Part shown: in pieces, positions 42,766 through 59,480 of the stretch
Position numbering within the stretch: the stretch's first letter is position 1
How the letters are laid out: each line of letters begins with the position of its first letter
From: Octopus vulgaris
Lineage: Eukaryota
DNA length: 64,000 nucleotides
NCBI GenBank assembly: GCA_951406725.2
Contig: OX597835.1
Coordinates: 9,548,001 to 9,612,000 of the forward strand
Reading direction: 5' to 3'
Translations under genes and position numbers: made by a program
Notes under the pieces: generated by a model
The model's database searches: none
Seen by the model: the letters and a program-made list of their open reading frames with translations, nothing else
What the model was told of the DNA's origin: nothing

Positions 42766-43155
42766 GGTAAGATGCTTACTTCCCAACCACACTGTTCCAG
42801 GTTCAGTCCCACTGCGTTGCACCTTGGGCAAGTGTCTTCTATTATAGCCTCGGTCCGATCAAAGACTTGTGAGCGGATTTGGTAGGTGGAAACTAAAAGA
42901 AACCCGTCGATATATGTGTGAGTGTATTTGTGTGTATGTGTGTCGGTGTGTCCGCCTTCCCCTCCCGCCATCACGTGACAACCTTTGCTAGTGTAGCACA
43001 GCGGTTCGGCAAAAGATAACCGATAGAATACGTACTAAGCTTACAAAGAATAAGTCCTGGGGGCGATTTCTTTGACTAACACCCTTTAAGGTGGTGCCTC
43101 AGCATGGCCGCAGTCAAATTACTGAAACAAGTAAAAGAAGAAAAGGAATAAAAGA
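42766..43155 (+). mobile_element. SINE family A, slightly 5'-truncated
   Basis: ggttcagtcccactgcgttgcaccttgggcaagtgtcttc...cagcatggccgcagtc. Confidence 0.88.
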
Positions 43156-44033
43156 CTATATATTTTCATTGCGTTTTTCTTTCTTCCAGAAATTCTGCAA
43201 CGAAGCCCGACAGGATAAGGTTTAGAACAAACAGAACGTATCCGATCAAATTACGTCTTAATATCAGAAAAAAAGTTTTTGCCTCCTGATATGACGGAGC
43301 AATAATCCTCGCTTCAGCACACTCTTTGTAATTATCAGCTGCACTGTTACGTTGAAATTCTGTAGCTCTGACAGTGATGGAAGCATTAATAACATATTTG
43401 CTGTTTCGTTATTACCTACAGTTTTGGCTCGGCATCCGAATCTCTTGTAATTAAACTAGTCGAAGAGATCAGCCTTGTTGTTACCAGTCTCCAAAGACTT
43501 TATGCTAATGATTGCAGTAGTGGATTCTGTCAATGACGCCCAACGAGTAAAGACAGTGAACTGATGGCATTGAGTAGATCCAAGTCTTGGGAATGTCTTA
43601 AAACGAGTGATGGATTATGTCTATGAATGAACAAACATGTTTATTGCAATGAGATTTCGCACAGATGTTGCCAACCAAATTGGCTGACATTCACAAGATT
43701 TGGATCGACTGGATACTATGTTCGAAAATAGTTGATGAATGACGAGCGGAATGGAATGAAATCATGGCGGCTTGCCTGCGTTTAGATAACTTTTTATCTT
43801 TCCTTTCTAACTTTTGGCAATGATACAAAAATAGTTTAGGCTAGTGTACAGAATCATACAGATGCACCGAAATAATACTTTAAAAGTTTCCCTTTGGTTT
43901 CTCTGTATATTCAATATTTCAGATTGATGACGAGAGTGAATTTGTCAATGAAAATGCGTTTCTTTTTTAGTTTCTGCACATATGATTTTCGAGTCAAACA
44001 CAGAGAAATATATGCATATTTTTTCTGATATTA

Positions 44034-44440
44034 AGGAGTGGCTGTGTGGTAAGTAGCTTGCTTACCAACCACATGGTTCCGGGTTCAGTCCCACTGCCTG
44101 GCACCTTCGGCAAATGTCTTCTGCTATAGCCTCGGGCCGACCAAAACCTTGTGAGTGGATTTGGTAGACGGAAACTGAAAGAAGCCCATCGTATATATCT
44201 ATATATATGTATATATGTATGTGTGTGCGTGTTTGTGTGTCTGTATTTGTCCCCTTAGCTTTGCTTCTCAACCGATTCTGGTGTTTTTATGTCCCCGTCA
44301 CTTAGCGGTTCGGCAAAAGGGACCGATAAAATAAGTACTGGGCTTACAAAGAATAAGTCCTGGGGTCGAGTTGCTCGACTAAAGGCGGTGCTCCAGCATG
44401 GCCGCAGTCAAATGACTGAAACAAGTAAAAGAGTAAAAGA

Positions 44441-44443
<3 letters not shown>
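44034..44443 (+). mobile_element. Full-length SINE family A
   Basis: Head, internal microsatellite and (agtaaaag)n tail all present. Confidence 0.92.
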
Positions 44444-45369
<926 letters not shown>

Positions 45370-45955
45370 GAAGTATAAGGAACAGTGTAGACGATCTCTA
45401 GTTCATGATTCAGTTTAGTACAGAAACAGTATGTATTCTACAAATTTGTTACGATTCTAATTAATTCCAAAGAGAAAAACGAAAAATTCTTCTAGAGATA
45501 AAAATTAGATTCTTCGTCGGGAATTACATACTGGTATAAACAATTAAGACCAACAAAAATATACAAAGACCTTTTATAACCGAGACAGGTACGAAGAAAT
45601 AATAATAGGATGAAAGATAACTAGAACACCGGATAATTTAAAACCAGAAAAATAAATATCAAAAAAACACTCCAACGTTTTATTAACATTACAATTCTCA
45701 TTGTGTAAATTTTTATGAAACAAAAATTAAACTAGAAAAATAATAGGGTTATCTAATCAAAAATGAAATATTTATACCTACAAATCGATATATTATGCAC
45801 TAAAAAGCAATAAATGTCCTAATTCAAGGTTAATAGTATAGTAATGTGAAACGAAAAAAGAAAAAAGCAATTATTTTGTTTACATAAAAGCCATATACGA
45901 GTAAAACAGTAAAACAGAGAAAGAGAAAGAGTAGTGAAGCGAGGGGAGAGAAAAT

Positions 45956-46039
45956 AGTAATACAGTGAAGGAGAAGTAGAGAGAGTAATACAGTGAAGGA
46001 GGAGTAGAGAGAGTAATACAGTGAAGGAGAAGTAGACAG
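45956..46039. repeat. 28-bp minisatellite x3
   Basis: agtaatacagtgaaggagaagtagagag at 45956, 45984 and 46012. Confidence 0.9.
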
Positions 46040-46580
46040 AGAAAGATTAAGAGAACGTAATAACTGTTTGAGAAAGAAGAAAGCGGAGTATCTCTTCTGT
46101 TTTGAACATATGAATGTGAAAAGAAAGGGTGAATAAAGTAAAAAAAAAACAGCCATTCAACTCTGTGTGAGTATATATGTATATGTATGTGTGTGCTTGG
46201 GAAATATGTGAATGCCTGTATCTGTGATTGTTCTGTACTTCAGTTTGTACCTTGTTTAAATAACAATTAGCCATCAATTATAAACGGTACAGGGTCAGCT
46301 AATAAATAAATATATAGAAATATCAAAACGGTAGTAAGATAATTAAATGATTTAAATGTAAAATCAACCGTCTCACAATCACAGATGAACCAAAATTAAA
46401 ATACAATATCTTAAAAATTTAATTAAAAATTAGAATTTCAAACATTTCTTCAAATTAAAGATTAAAATAAACGATGCGAGAGGAACCAACATGAGTAGTA
46501 AATACAAAGCATGAAACAGAAATTCTCAAACTCTCAACAACGACAAAATCAAAATGAAAGCAGATTGAATAAAACACCTA

Positions 46581-46693
46581 TAATAGATATCCTTAATTAC
46601 AATTAATAGATATCCTTAATTACAATAGATATCCTATAATAGCTATCCTTAATTACAATAGATATCCTATAAAAGATATCCTTAATTACAATT
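46581..46693. repeat. Irregular tandem repeat of aatagatatccttaattac
   Basis: Read directly from sequence. Confidence 0.85.
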
Positions 46694-47057
46694 TATTAAA
46701 CAGACATTTATTTTTATGAACACAGAAAAATACGCCTTTCAGATTTAGTGTTTAACAACCTTCTTCTAGGAAATAAAATCAAAACTAATTTCTCAGAACA
46801 AAGAGAGTAGAACCTATTACCAAACTAGCCAGGGCCGTCCCTAAAATGCCCATTCAATAAAGAACGTTTTATTCTTATTTTTAAGATTCCAGATGAAATT
46901 ACTAAGACTATTTGAAGCCCTATTCCTTTTACTAAAACCCCTTTTTTTTAAAATATAATTTGTAGAAGATCAAATATCAATGTAATCACTACCTTCAGAA
47001 ATAACTCAAAATACAAGGCTTCAGAATGAAGCGTTAGTCAAGGACACTTCCTTAGCT

Positions 47058-47184
47058 TACTGCTGTTTCTTATTCAGTAGATTTATTGTTGAGTGCCTGA
47101 CTAACACCTTATATAACCTGTGAAGTGATATGGTGGTACTCAGGCACTCAGCTACGAATCCACTGCTTCATAGTAGCAGAAAAA
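47058..47184. repeat. Fold-back copy of the element seen at about 430-511
   Basis: gttgagtgcctga / tcaggcactcagc inverted arms, homologous to 443-500. Confidence 0.7.
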
Positions 47185-47271
47185 TTTAGAAGAAAAATGG
47201 AGTTCAATAGATGATGGAGTATTCTAGTCTTTTATAAGTGTAAAGTCTATCTATCTTTATATATATAGCTG

Positions 47272-47317
<46 letters not shown>

Positions 47318-47318
47318 C

Positions 47319-47361
<43 letters not shown>

Positions 47362-47428
47362 CAAACATACATACATACATACGTACGTACATACATGTAT
47401 ATATATATATCTGTGTGTGCCTATGCGC

Positions 47429-47499
<71 letters not shown>

Positions 47500-48104
47500 C
47501 ATGCATGTGTGTATATATATGTATGTATATGTTTTGAAATTTCTAGAATTATGTAACGTTCATGAAATCATTTTACATTTATTTATTTATTTATTTGAAG
47601 ACCAGTATGAAATAAAATGAAATGGTTAGCAAGTCACGATTTTCTTACAGAGAAATATTTTATTTTGCGTTGTTCTTTATATAATAAAATTATTCGTGAA
47701 TATAACATAATGCAACAAAAGCTGCTACACAAGAGTCTTAGGTTGGTGTGAAATGTCATAATCAATACGGTCACAGCAGGAATACGAACGTCTTCTAACT
47801 TCATATTATTGTGTGCTTCCCAGAGTTATGCTAGACATTGCTAAATTTCAGTTCATCGTTACCATCGATAGAATATTTGTTTGAAAATCATTTTAAAGTA
47901 TGTTAATACATCATGTGCTTCTAAAGAGAATACAATCAACTCGCCGCGAGCTTCGATTTATTCCTATATTTGTTAATATTGTATAAGATATTTATTTACA
48001 TCATGCTGAGGTAATGGAAATAATTTCTTCGAATGAAATGAGGTTAATTCAAAGTATTATATTCTGAATGTATTAATATTAAACCTTCACTCTGAGTGAG
48101 GATT

Positions 48105-48315
48105 AATTATTTCAAATTTTTGCCACAAGGGCAGCTTGGGGGAGGTGGAGATGAGTCGATTTAATCGACCCCAGTGTTCAACTGGTACTTATTTTATCGA
48201 CCCCGAAAGGATGAAGGGCATAGTCGACCTCGGCGGAACTTGAACTCAGAACATAGCGATAGGCGAAATACCGCTAAGCATTTCGTCCAGCATGCTAACC
48301 ATTCTGCCAGTTCGC
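48105..48315 (-). mobile_element. SINE family B
   Basis: Reverse complement of the family B head and core. Confidence 0.85.
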
Positions 48316-49253
48316 GAGGATTACGTCCATGTCATGCATTGCCTCAGATTATATATTTGGTGTGTGACCACATTTTTAACACTCTATACTTGGATAAGAA
48401 TCTAAAACCTCCATCAAAAAGTTGGTTGTCCATAGCTCACAATAAGTAATTTTTTTATTTATTTTTTTTATTTTGCATTGTTAAATTAAATATTCAATGT
48501 GAATAGAGATCAACGATAATATTCTAAACTTTATTTGATTACTTCAGACACAGAGCAATATTATTAATACTTAAGTTATATTACAATTAATTATGTAAAC
48601 AATATTGAAAGCGATCGAATATCAGTGTAAACAACATTAGGGGATTAGACAGTTGATGTAATTTACTTAAGTTATCAATTTTTAATTACGCTTCAGAGGA
48701 CCACTTACCCAGACCTAGGTCAGACCTGTCATATTTCGAAATCCGAAGCTTTTCAGAATATTATAAATTATTTGTAAACATACAAATCTAGAGAAGAAAA
48801 TATAAAATTATTTTTTTCACTAACAGACGTTAAAAATACAGGAAAGTATTTAAATATTATATAATATTGAAATATTATATAATATTAAGTCTGGTGGCGG
48901 TGTACAGTTTCTGTCAATCTACCATCTAAGGAAATCATGAAATATAAAATTATATTAAAAGAGAAGAAAGAAAATTAATCTTGGACGACAACGAAAATGA
49001 GATATTCACAAATCATCTGAGAATTCAATGTATGTTCCAATTACTTTTCAGAATATAAATATTGTGGACAATACAATAATGCCATATGTTCGATTCCAAA
49101 ATAACTTTAGTCGATAACAGTTTAAATTACTGAACAGACAAACAATATCATTTTAATTTACAACTGGCATTTTAATGACTTCATATCGAATACACTGCTT
49201 TCTGCGAAATTCCATGGAATTGTTAATGGATAATAGACTCACATATACATATG

Positions 49254-49322
<69 letters not shown>

Positions 49323-49443
49323 CAATTGAAAGGCAGAAGATGGAATATACGAGAATATATTATTAATCACAACAATTGTTCCGACACATCTAGCATCGAC
49401 GCTCAGGAGCATATACATACTATATATATATATATATGTATAT

Positions 49444-49516
<73 letters not shown>

Positions 49517-49563
49517 CACATATATATACACATACACATACGTGTATATATATATATATACAC

Positions 49564-49607
<44 letters not shown>

Positions 49608-49693
49608 GCAAACATGTATATATCTATATAATCACGTACCTGTACATATGCGTGTGAATATGTGTGTGTGTGCGTGTCTCTGTGTGTGTATGT

Positions 49694-49732
<39 letters not shown>

Positions 49733-50236
49733 CGTGTGTGTGTGTGTGAACAGCTCTCCAATATAAGCGGTTAGATAACTGATCTCATTAAACCTTTGTC
49801 CAATTTCTAACAAGGATACAAGGACACAAATGTTGTTTAGGAGAAATAGAATAGCTTCAACAGAATTTAATACGTGACTGGATAGGTTCCATATTGACCC
49901 TGGGTAGATATAAGTCAAATACAAAATTAGCAGTATTTGAAACTGGCAAAAATTCCAATTTCGTATGGAGTTTACAGATTAACTGTTACTGCGTATCGAT
50001 GTTATTCTATTGTCGATGCTTAAAATTGATTAAATCACATAAGTGTTGAGGAATGGAGGTTTGTGAGAGGCGTATTCCTGACAGTTTGAAAATGGTGTGA
50101 TGGAGACAAAGCTGCATCCAGCAAATTTTATGAGAGACAAAAAATTGAAGCGAAGTAGTTCGTCTGACTCTGTATAAGAAAATTCGCCACACATCCGGAC
50201 ATTTAAGAGATTTATTTTTCTAGATAAGAACTGATA

Positions 50237-50861
<625 letters not shown>

Positions 50862-51814
50862 CTTACAACATGTTCAAAGGTTTTTGTTAAACAAGTAAAA
50901 TGTTAATTAAATATCGTGTATACTCGAGTATTCGTTACGAAGGTTTGTATTTACACACAACTAAAACTGTGGTTGCCATTAGCATTATAGTCTAACTGCC
51001 GAGCGGAAAAATCAGGTTCCCTTGAAAGAACGTGTATGAGTACTGAATAGCCAACCCTGAAAACAGCCACTTGAGCACATGTAATATTATCATGGAATAT
51101 ATTTATTGTTCTATGACGTCAAATTGAAATTAGCGCACAGAACTGAATGCTGTGTCCCAGAAGAGGGCCAGGGACATATTTCCCGATATTTTATGTCCCA
51201 GATGTTCAATATACCAGCCACATCTGCATGTTACTTTTGTAGTAGGTAATCGTTTATTGCAATGATGATAAATAAATTGAACCGTAAAGAAACAAGCAAT
51301 CTTTGGAACAAATTGGCAAAAAGAATATGTTTAATGTGCTGTAATAAAAGGTCATAAAACAAATACACTTGCAAAGACTACAGACCGCCTAAGTAGATTA
51401 ACCAAATGTCAGATCGTAAAACTGTGCAACTTTTCACCGACAGATTAATATGATAATAGAGCAGCATAAAGGAAGCGACATGAATATTTCGAAATTAACA
51501 GAAGTAATGTGTCTATATTGAGGGATTTGGGGTTGCGAAGAGATTATTAATGTAGGAAAAAGAGAGATAGAGAGGGCTTAGATAGATTCTTGCTTACAGA
51601 GAAGAAAACAAGGAAATAAGTACAAAATGGAGATAAATGAAAGAAAGAAATTAGTGAAGAGAGGATTTAAATGGTTTGACCTGTCCCACATTACATATGG
51701 TACAAGTTTGCATACCAGCGTTTATGTTGTAATAAGTGGATAGTCAATGTTTTAGAAGATTAACTTAACAACAACCATATGCATATATCTTTATGAACAT
51801 ATACATGCATAGAT

Positions 51815-51899
51815 TATATATATATATATATATATTATTTATATGAATGTATATATATATATATGTATGTATATATATTTATATATATAGACTCATATA

Positions 51900-51950
<51 letters not shown>

Positions 51951-51993
51951 GTATATATATATACAAATATATGTGTATATCTATATGCATGTG

Positions 51994-52035
<42 letters not shown>

Positions 52036-52124
52036 TGTGTATATATATATGCATATATATATATATATATACATAGACATATATTTATATATATACATAC
52101 ATACACGCACACAAACACACACGC

Positions 52125-52219
<95 letters not shown>

Positions 52220-52234
52220 CATATATATATATAT
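51815..52234. repeat. Long degenerate (TA)n tract
   Basis: Read directly from sequence. Confidence 0.95.
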
Positions 52235-52791
52235 GATCATACAGCTCTCGTTCGTTTCTCTTTTCTTCTATTTCATATTGGCAGTAAGTAACGACCTCTG
52301 GCGTACGTTGTTATAAATTATTACGTTATTACATCTCGGTTACAGAAATATCGTTGAGTAAAACTAATTTGTTTCAAGATTCCGGCTATACTACGGAATG
52401 AAATTTCTGGTATCATTTGATTCTATTAGTGTGTTGCCTTGGTAACGAACTCATAAACCTGCAACGCTAGCCATATAATTCGAGAGAAAACTGCTCGAAT
52501 AATAGTATACCATGTTCATAGTTCCCCTCTATATGACACTTCTAAACAAGAGTTTGCAGTTTCTGCGAGGCGAAGAATAAGCAATGCGTTCCAGATGATA
52601 CATGCGATGCACTATTTCAATAAACGGCGCCAAATATATTAAATATTGACATTACATGAATAGGTTATCGGAAAGGATGAAACTAATAGCTATTCACGAT
52701 GTAAATGCTTGAGGTTCACCTCAAGAAATGATTCTATAAATTCTATTCAATAGGAATATATTTTCTCCATAAATATATATATGTTTATATG

Positions 52792-52858
<67 letters not shown>

Positions 52859-52872
52859 GTATGTATATATAC

Positions 52873-52910
<38 letters not shown>

Positions 52911-53256
52911 TAATACATAAGACACACACAAACACATATATGTATATATATATATGTATATATAATATATAACTGTGATAGGTCTCGGCCAGTGTAGTCC
53001 CACGTGATATCTAACATAATGGCATTACTTGGCGAAGTCTTTAAATCATATGTGAGGCACCATGGCCCACACTAGCAAAGAGCTATTATGACATATATAT
53101 AAATACATATACATATATGTATAAAAATATATATATATATTCACACATATATGTATATGTATATATATGCATATATGCCTACATGTATGTCTGTGTGTAT
53201 ATCTAAACATATATATATAGATATATGTATATAAACATATGTATATATATATATAC

Positions 53257-53295
<39 letters not shown>

Positions 53296-53335
53296 CGTTA
53301 ATATATATATATATACGCTAATATATACATATATA

Positions 53336-53409
<74 letters not shown>

Positions 53410-53946
53410 TACATCCATACACATACAAAACTCGCAACAAGTGGCAGGAGATACACAAATATGATGATGTCTGCTTCTTAAGATTTTGCTGTGAGCTTGA
53501 ATTATAAAGCGATAGGTAAGTAGATATACGTACAAAGTAAGACGCACACACACACACAGCCGCACCTATTGAAGTACGTCTGCGAATAGAAATAAAAAGA
53601 GAGGGAAGGAAAAAAGATGCGTAATTCACGTGTGTGCATATATTTAAGATGTATATGGAATGAAGAGTATATTCCAGGGAGGCAATATTGGATTAAAAAT
53701 TAAAATCGAAATAAATTGTAACTGTCAGCCGAATGTTATATCCTCAGATATGTCAGTCTGCATAAAGCTGATAGTTTATAGTAAGTGTATTATTAAATGG
53801 AGACTGTTTGATTGGTATTGTAGATACTTTAACTTCTATCTATCAGAAAAGAATCAAATTACGGTACAGTTTCAGCGATGAAGTAAACGTATGAAAACCG
53901 ATATGTGTGTCTGCCATATAAGTACGTACACGTGTGTGAATGTGTG

Positions 53947-53977
<31 letters not shown>

Positions 53978-54151
53978 ATGTGTGTGTGTGTGTATGTGTG
54001 TGTCTGTGTCTGTGTCTGTGTCTGTGTGTGTGTACGTGTGTATATATATATGTATACATACATACGTATATACATAAATATATTCATACATATTCATGTA
54101 TGTATAGACGGATAAATAGATAGATAGATCGAACGATCGATAGATAGATAA

Positions 54152-54197
<46 letters not shown>

Positions 54198-54214
54198 GGA
54201 TAGATAGATAGATC

Positions 54215-54295
<81 letters not shown>

Positions 54296-54333
54296 TTATA
54301 TAGATAGATAAATAAATAGATAGATTGATAGAG

Positions 54334-54373
<40 letters not shown>

Positions 54374-54742
54374 CTATGTATACATATGTATATATGTGTG
54401 TGTGTGTATCCATAAATATACGTGTATAGAAGCAGAGAGGCACATACAGACGTTTATACGTTGGGTGTATGTATGTTTAAAGATATATGGACACTTGTGC
54501 ATGCTTTTATATGTGTGTATCTGTATATAAAAGTATATATGCCTATAAATACTTAAATATGTGTATGTATGTGTCTGTGTGTTGGGGTTGTGCATGTGCA
54601 TGTGTGTGTATACATTTACAGTAATTTGAAAGAGGAGTTGATGCATGGCTTGACACGAAGATTGTGTCCGATACAGACTAATGCTCACAAACCTACACAC
54701 ACTTACATATAATACATGTAGATATAATTTTAGATAGATAGC

Positions 54743-54848
<106 letters not shown>

Positions 54849-55034
54849 GACTGGCAGATAAATGGATAGATAGATAGCTAGGCAGATATATAAATAGGTA
54901 CTTACATACACATATTTATACATACATATACACACACATATAGATACGCATATTTATTTTTATATACTCATACATGGCTAAGTATATATTATATCTGTCT
55001 ATCTACCCATGTATCTACACACACACATACGCAC

Positions 55035-55081
<47 letters not shown>

Positions 55082-56123
55082 CATATGTATTAAGTTTCTG
55101 CATCTATATTTATATATACACCCACACGTATACGCATTTGTATAGTTTTCCCTAGATATTTGTTACAACCACATAACTGGATTGTTTTTCCACATAAATC
55201 GAATATCGATTACGTAGGAAACAATACCTTAGAGATATATTGATATGGTATGTGAAATGAAATTGTGTATGGTTATTATTATTATTTTCAGGAACATGAA
55301 ATTGTGTACAAACTCTTTAAAAGAAACAGACGAGCTAACGGACATAAAAACCATGTTTTGATCACTTTTGCTGTCATTTTGTCGAATCCCTGAAGTGTAA
55401 AAGTTATAGTCCAGTGAAAAATGATTGGATGCTAGTAATGGACATTCGATGTGGGTGTCATGGTTTATGAAGGCGCATTTTTTTTTTATTGTGTTTTCAT
55501 TTAATAGTGTCGCGGATTCAGCTATTCATATTCCTAGAAATACTAGTAAATCTCTCCCAAAGCACGTGCCAATGCGGATGTTTCTATATATTTCTTCGTT
55601 GAACGAACCCCAAGTAGCAGCCGACCCTTCGTGGCTTCTCAATGCCTGTATTAAAAAAAAAAAAACCAGCAAAGATCACAACGTTTGTCTTGTTTCAGTC
55701 TACAGCAAGATTACTCGGTATTTGGTGGCAGAATTGTTAAAAAGAAACATCAATGCCAAATTCTTGTTAAGTATTTATATTTGCCTTAAGCACAACTGTG
55801 AAAAACGTCACAGCGATGCATAAACAATAAACATTTGTAATGAAAATGCTACAATGACAGTTAATATTACTAAGGTTAATATTAACAACGGTTGACGTCC
55901 TTGTCCAAAATACTGATATCTGACAGCGTCACGACAACCGGATGTCTAGATTAGAGAATTCATTCTATGAACCGAGCCAAGATTTCACTTTATTTTATGA
56001 GCATTAGATGGATAGGTAGCAAATTTGACACCAAGATGACAAGGTGCTTATTATTCAATCATAAACAGAGGTACTATATTGTGTCACAAACTATTTCCTT
56101 CAGTGTTCAGTCATCTCCTCAGT

Positions 56124-56507
56124 GGAAGCGCTCCGTCGGTTACGACGACGAGGGTTCCGGTTGATCCGAATCAACGGAACAGCCTGCTCGTGAAATTAAC
56201 GTGTAAGTGGCTGAGCACTCCACAAACACGTGCACCCTTAACGTAGTTATCGGGGATATTCAGCGTGACACAGAGCGTGACAAGGCCGGCCCCTTGAAAT
56301 ACAGGTACAACAGAAACAGGAAGTATGAGTGAGAGAAAGTTGTGGTGAAAGAGTACAGCAGGGATCACCACCATCCCCTGCCGGAGCCTCGTGGAGCTTT
56401 AGGTGTTTTCGCTCAATAAACACTCACAACGCCCGGTCTGGGAATCGAAACCGCGATCCTATGACCTCGAGTCCGCTGCCCTAATCACTGGGCCATTGCG
56501 CCTCCAC
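56124..56507 (-). mobile_element. Full-length SINE family C with 13-bp TSD
   Basis: TSD tcatctcctcagt at 56111-56123 and 56508-56520. Confidence 0.92.
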
Positions 56508-57167
56508 TCATCTCCTCAGTACCTTAGCGGCAAAGCTTACTCCGAAAATTAGACATATCTTGAAGTATCAGAGTTCCAAGATGAACACCGGGTAATACGT
56601 ATAATTTGACGCATTAAATATTTATCTTGCTAAACGTTTATCAGCATTGAAGGTTTGAACGGTCTGTTTATGAACGGTCAACTTTGTGTAAGAAAGCTAA
56701 GCTTAAATCTAAGGATATAAAACAGGATTACAACTGAGGGAATGAATTCTGTAAGAAGTGAAACTCTCTTTTCAGAGTTGTCGAAGCACAATCGAATTAT
56801 TGATAAAAAGCTTTAGTGAGGTGCATAAATTGATAATTGATTTATTTCTATGTCCCTTGTCAATTATCATTTATGAACACAATCAATTCCATTATATAAC
56901 AATAAATCTATTTTATCATACCCTGAAGAAACATAAAATTATCATCCGAATTTGAGATGAGAAATCTGGAAATAACTTCTCTAGGGTAGAAAGTCACGTG
57001 TTGTGTTTTTCTTTCATATTTTACAATAAAACAACTCCCCTGTTCACTCTCATAACACAGACCAATGCTCACAATGTTGCACACTCATAATCGCACATAT
57101 ACACACACGCCATGCATGCGTAAATACACACACACACATACATACATATATATACAGAAATGCATAC

Positions 57168-57226
<59 letters not shown>

Positions 57227-57244
57227 CGGTAGAGAGAGAAAGAG

Positions 57245-57315
<71 letters not shown>

Positions 57316-57381
57316 CGATCAGACATACACACGCACACTCACATACCTATATTTATAATAATACACATATATAATGTGTGA

Positions 57382-57423
<42 letters not shown>

Positions 57424-57447
57424 ATACATATATATATACATACAGAT

Positions 57448-57598
57448 GTGGAGGCGCAATGGCCCAGTGGTTAGGGCAGCGGATTCGCGGTCGTAGGATC
57501 GCGGTTTCGATTCCCAGACCGGGCGTTGTGAGTGTTTATTGAGTGAAAACACCTAAAAGCTCCACGAGGCTCCGGCAGGGGATGGTGGTGATCCCTGC
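57448..57598 (+). mobile_element. SINE family C, 3'-truncated
   Basis: Matches 9040-9190, then breaks at atccctgc. Confidence 0.88.
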
Positions 57599-57762
57599 AG
57601 TGGTCTCAATACAGTGCCCTGTGGAACACCACTAACCATTTGTGTTTGTTTTTCTTTTTAGTTGGCTCCATTGGCCACTACTGCCTGTCTTCTATCTTTC
57701 AGAAAGTCATGTAACCATTCTCCAAGTTTTCCAGCTATGCCGAGATCATGCAGTTTGTGGCA
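57599..57762 (-). mobile_element. CR1-group LINE reverse transcriptase fragment
   Basis: CHKLHDLGIAGKLGEWLHDFLKDRRQAVVANG, then a stop/frameshift, then TQMVSGVPQGTVLRPL (the SGVPQGxVLGP motif). Confidence 0.85.
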
Positions 57763-58010
57763 CGCTACGATATGCAAGAGAATGAATACATAAAACAAAA
57801 CAATAGAAATCTGCACATGCACTAAACACATACATATCTACATGTGAATATAACCTGTTTGTGTTGTTGAAATCCCACTGACGGAACATTGGATCTAGGA
57901 TAGAAACCGGGTCTTTCTTAATTGGCAAGAAATCTTAAAATAAAACCGAATAATGACATTCATACATGAGTTTGTACGTCCGTATTTACGTTGATATTTC
58001 TGAAATAGTA

Positions 58011-58407
58011 AGGCGGCGAGCTGGCAGAAACGTTAGCACGCCAGGCCAAGTGCTTATCGGTATTTCGTCTGCCGCTACGTTCTGAGTTCAAATTCCGCCG
58101 AGGTCGACTTTGCCGTTCATCCTTTCGGGGTCGATTAAATAAGTACCAGTTATTCACTGAGATCGATGTAATCGACTTAATCCGTTTGTCTGTCCTTGTT
58201 TGTCCTCTCTGTGTTTAGCCCCTTGTGGGTAGTAAATAAACAGGTATTTCGTCTGCTGCTATGATCTGAGTTCAAACTCTGCCGAGGACGACTTTGCCTT
58301 TCATCCTTTCGGATCGATATATTTAGTACCAGTTGCGTACTGGGGACGAGTCTATCGACTGGTCCCCTCCCCGCAAATTTCCGGCCTTGTGCCTACAGTA
58401 CAAAAGA
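58011..58407 (+). mobile_element. Dimeric SINE family B with degenerate 16-bp TSD
   Basis: The core is repeated from about 58243 with a different tail; atatttctgaaatagt (57994-58009) vs atatttctaaagtagt (58408-58423). Confidence 0.88.
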
Positions 58408-58979
58408 ATATTTCTAAAGTAGTTGAGTATTAGTGAAAGTGAAATTACATTTTATCATCACTGTGGAACAGATTTGTCTATAACTGTGATGATGATGGCT
58501 GTAATGACACTTTAGTCAAAGCAAACACTATTAGTAGTTCCAATCGCAATATTACTTGTAATTATATTTTCTAAATGTGATTTTAGCAATGATGTAAGCA
58601 GAAGAATTGGTACATTTTATGATAATCAAGATGTTATCTTGCATGTTTGAAATATTTGAAAACTTAAATCGAAACATCAAAGAATACGGTAACCGAAGCA
58701 GCTGCTGTTTCATTGCTGATCGCTGTAATCGATAGTTCGATGATGAGATTGATTTAGATTTGTTTTTCTTTAACTAAGCAGCTATTCATGTTTAAATGTC
58801 GCCAACACTCACAGGCCGAATAATATTTACCTTTGGTGGAGTTTATTGATTTTTAATTTAGTGTATAAATAACATTGAAATGTAATTCTAGAAACATCAT
58901 TACTGAAACAGTGAGGTATGTAATGAAAAGAACAGTGTCAGCGCTAAGGAGGCAATGTGAACAACTACACAAGTATTTA

Positions 58980-59020
58980 TAACAACAACTGCAATAATGA
59001 TAATAATAATAATAATAATG

Positions 59021-59057
<37 letters not shown>

Positions 59058-59089
59058 CAACAATAACAATAATAATAACAACAACAATG

Positions 59090-59171
<82 letters not shown>

Positions 59172-59175
59172 CAAC

Positions 59176-59241
<66 letters not shown>
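58980..59241. repeat. (TAA)n/(CAA)n microsatellite
   Basis: Read directly from sequence. Confidence 0.95.
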
Positions 59242-59242
<1 letters not shown>

Positions 59243-59480
59243 TGTGTGCGTGTGTGTGATTGTGTTTGTGTATGACACCCACCGCTCGACAACTGGTGTT
59301 GGTTAGTTTACATTCCTATAAGCTAGTTAGTCGCCAAAAGACCCCGAGAGATCAATGACCGACCAGACTTTAGAAAGTAAGCGCTCGAGTCGATTTCTTC
59401 AATACAAAACCATTCAATTCGATGATGTTCCAGCATGGTCGCAAACCAATGACTGAAACAAGGAACAGAACAGAACAAAT
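59242..59480 (+). mobile_element. Diverged SINE family A, 3' half
   Basis: accgctcgacaactggtgttgg...ccagcatggtcgcaaaccaatgactgaaacaag. Confidence 0.65.

Noticed and set aside
49368-49410. Minus-strand CTGAGCG...GGAA caattg TT in a TA-embedded fragment
   Set aside because: A palindromic stem III is present, but the core has several mismatches and H17 and the stems are unconvincing.
57869-57918. CTGACGG...GAAAccgggtc hammerhead-like string
   Set aside because: A9 is missing, stems I and II are poor, and the paralog at 40.5 kb does not conserve the core.
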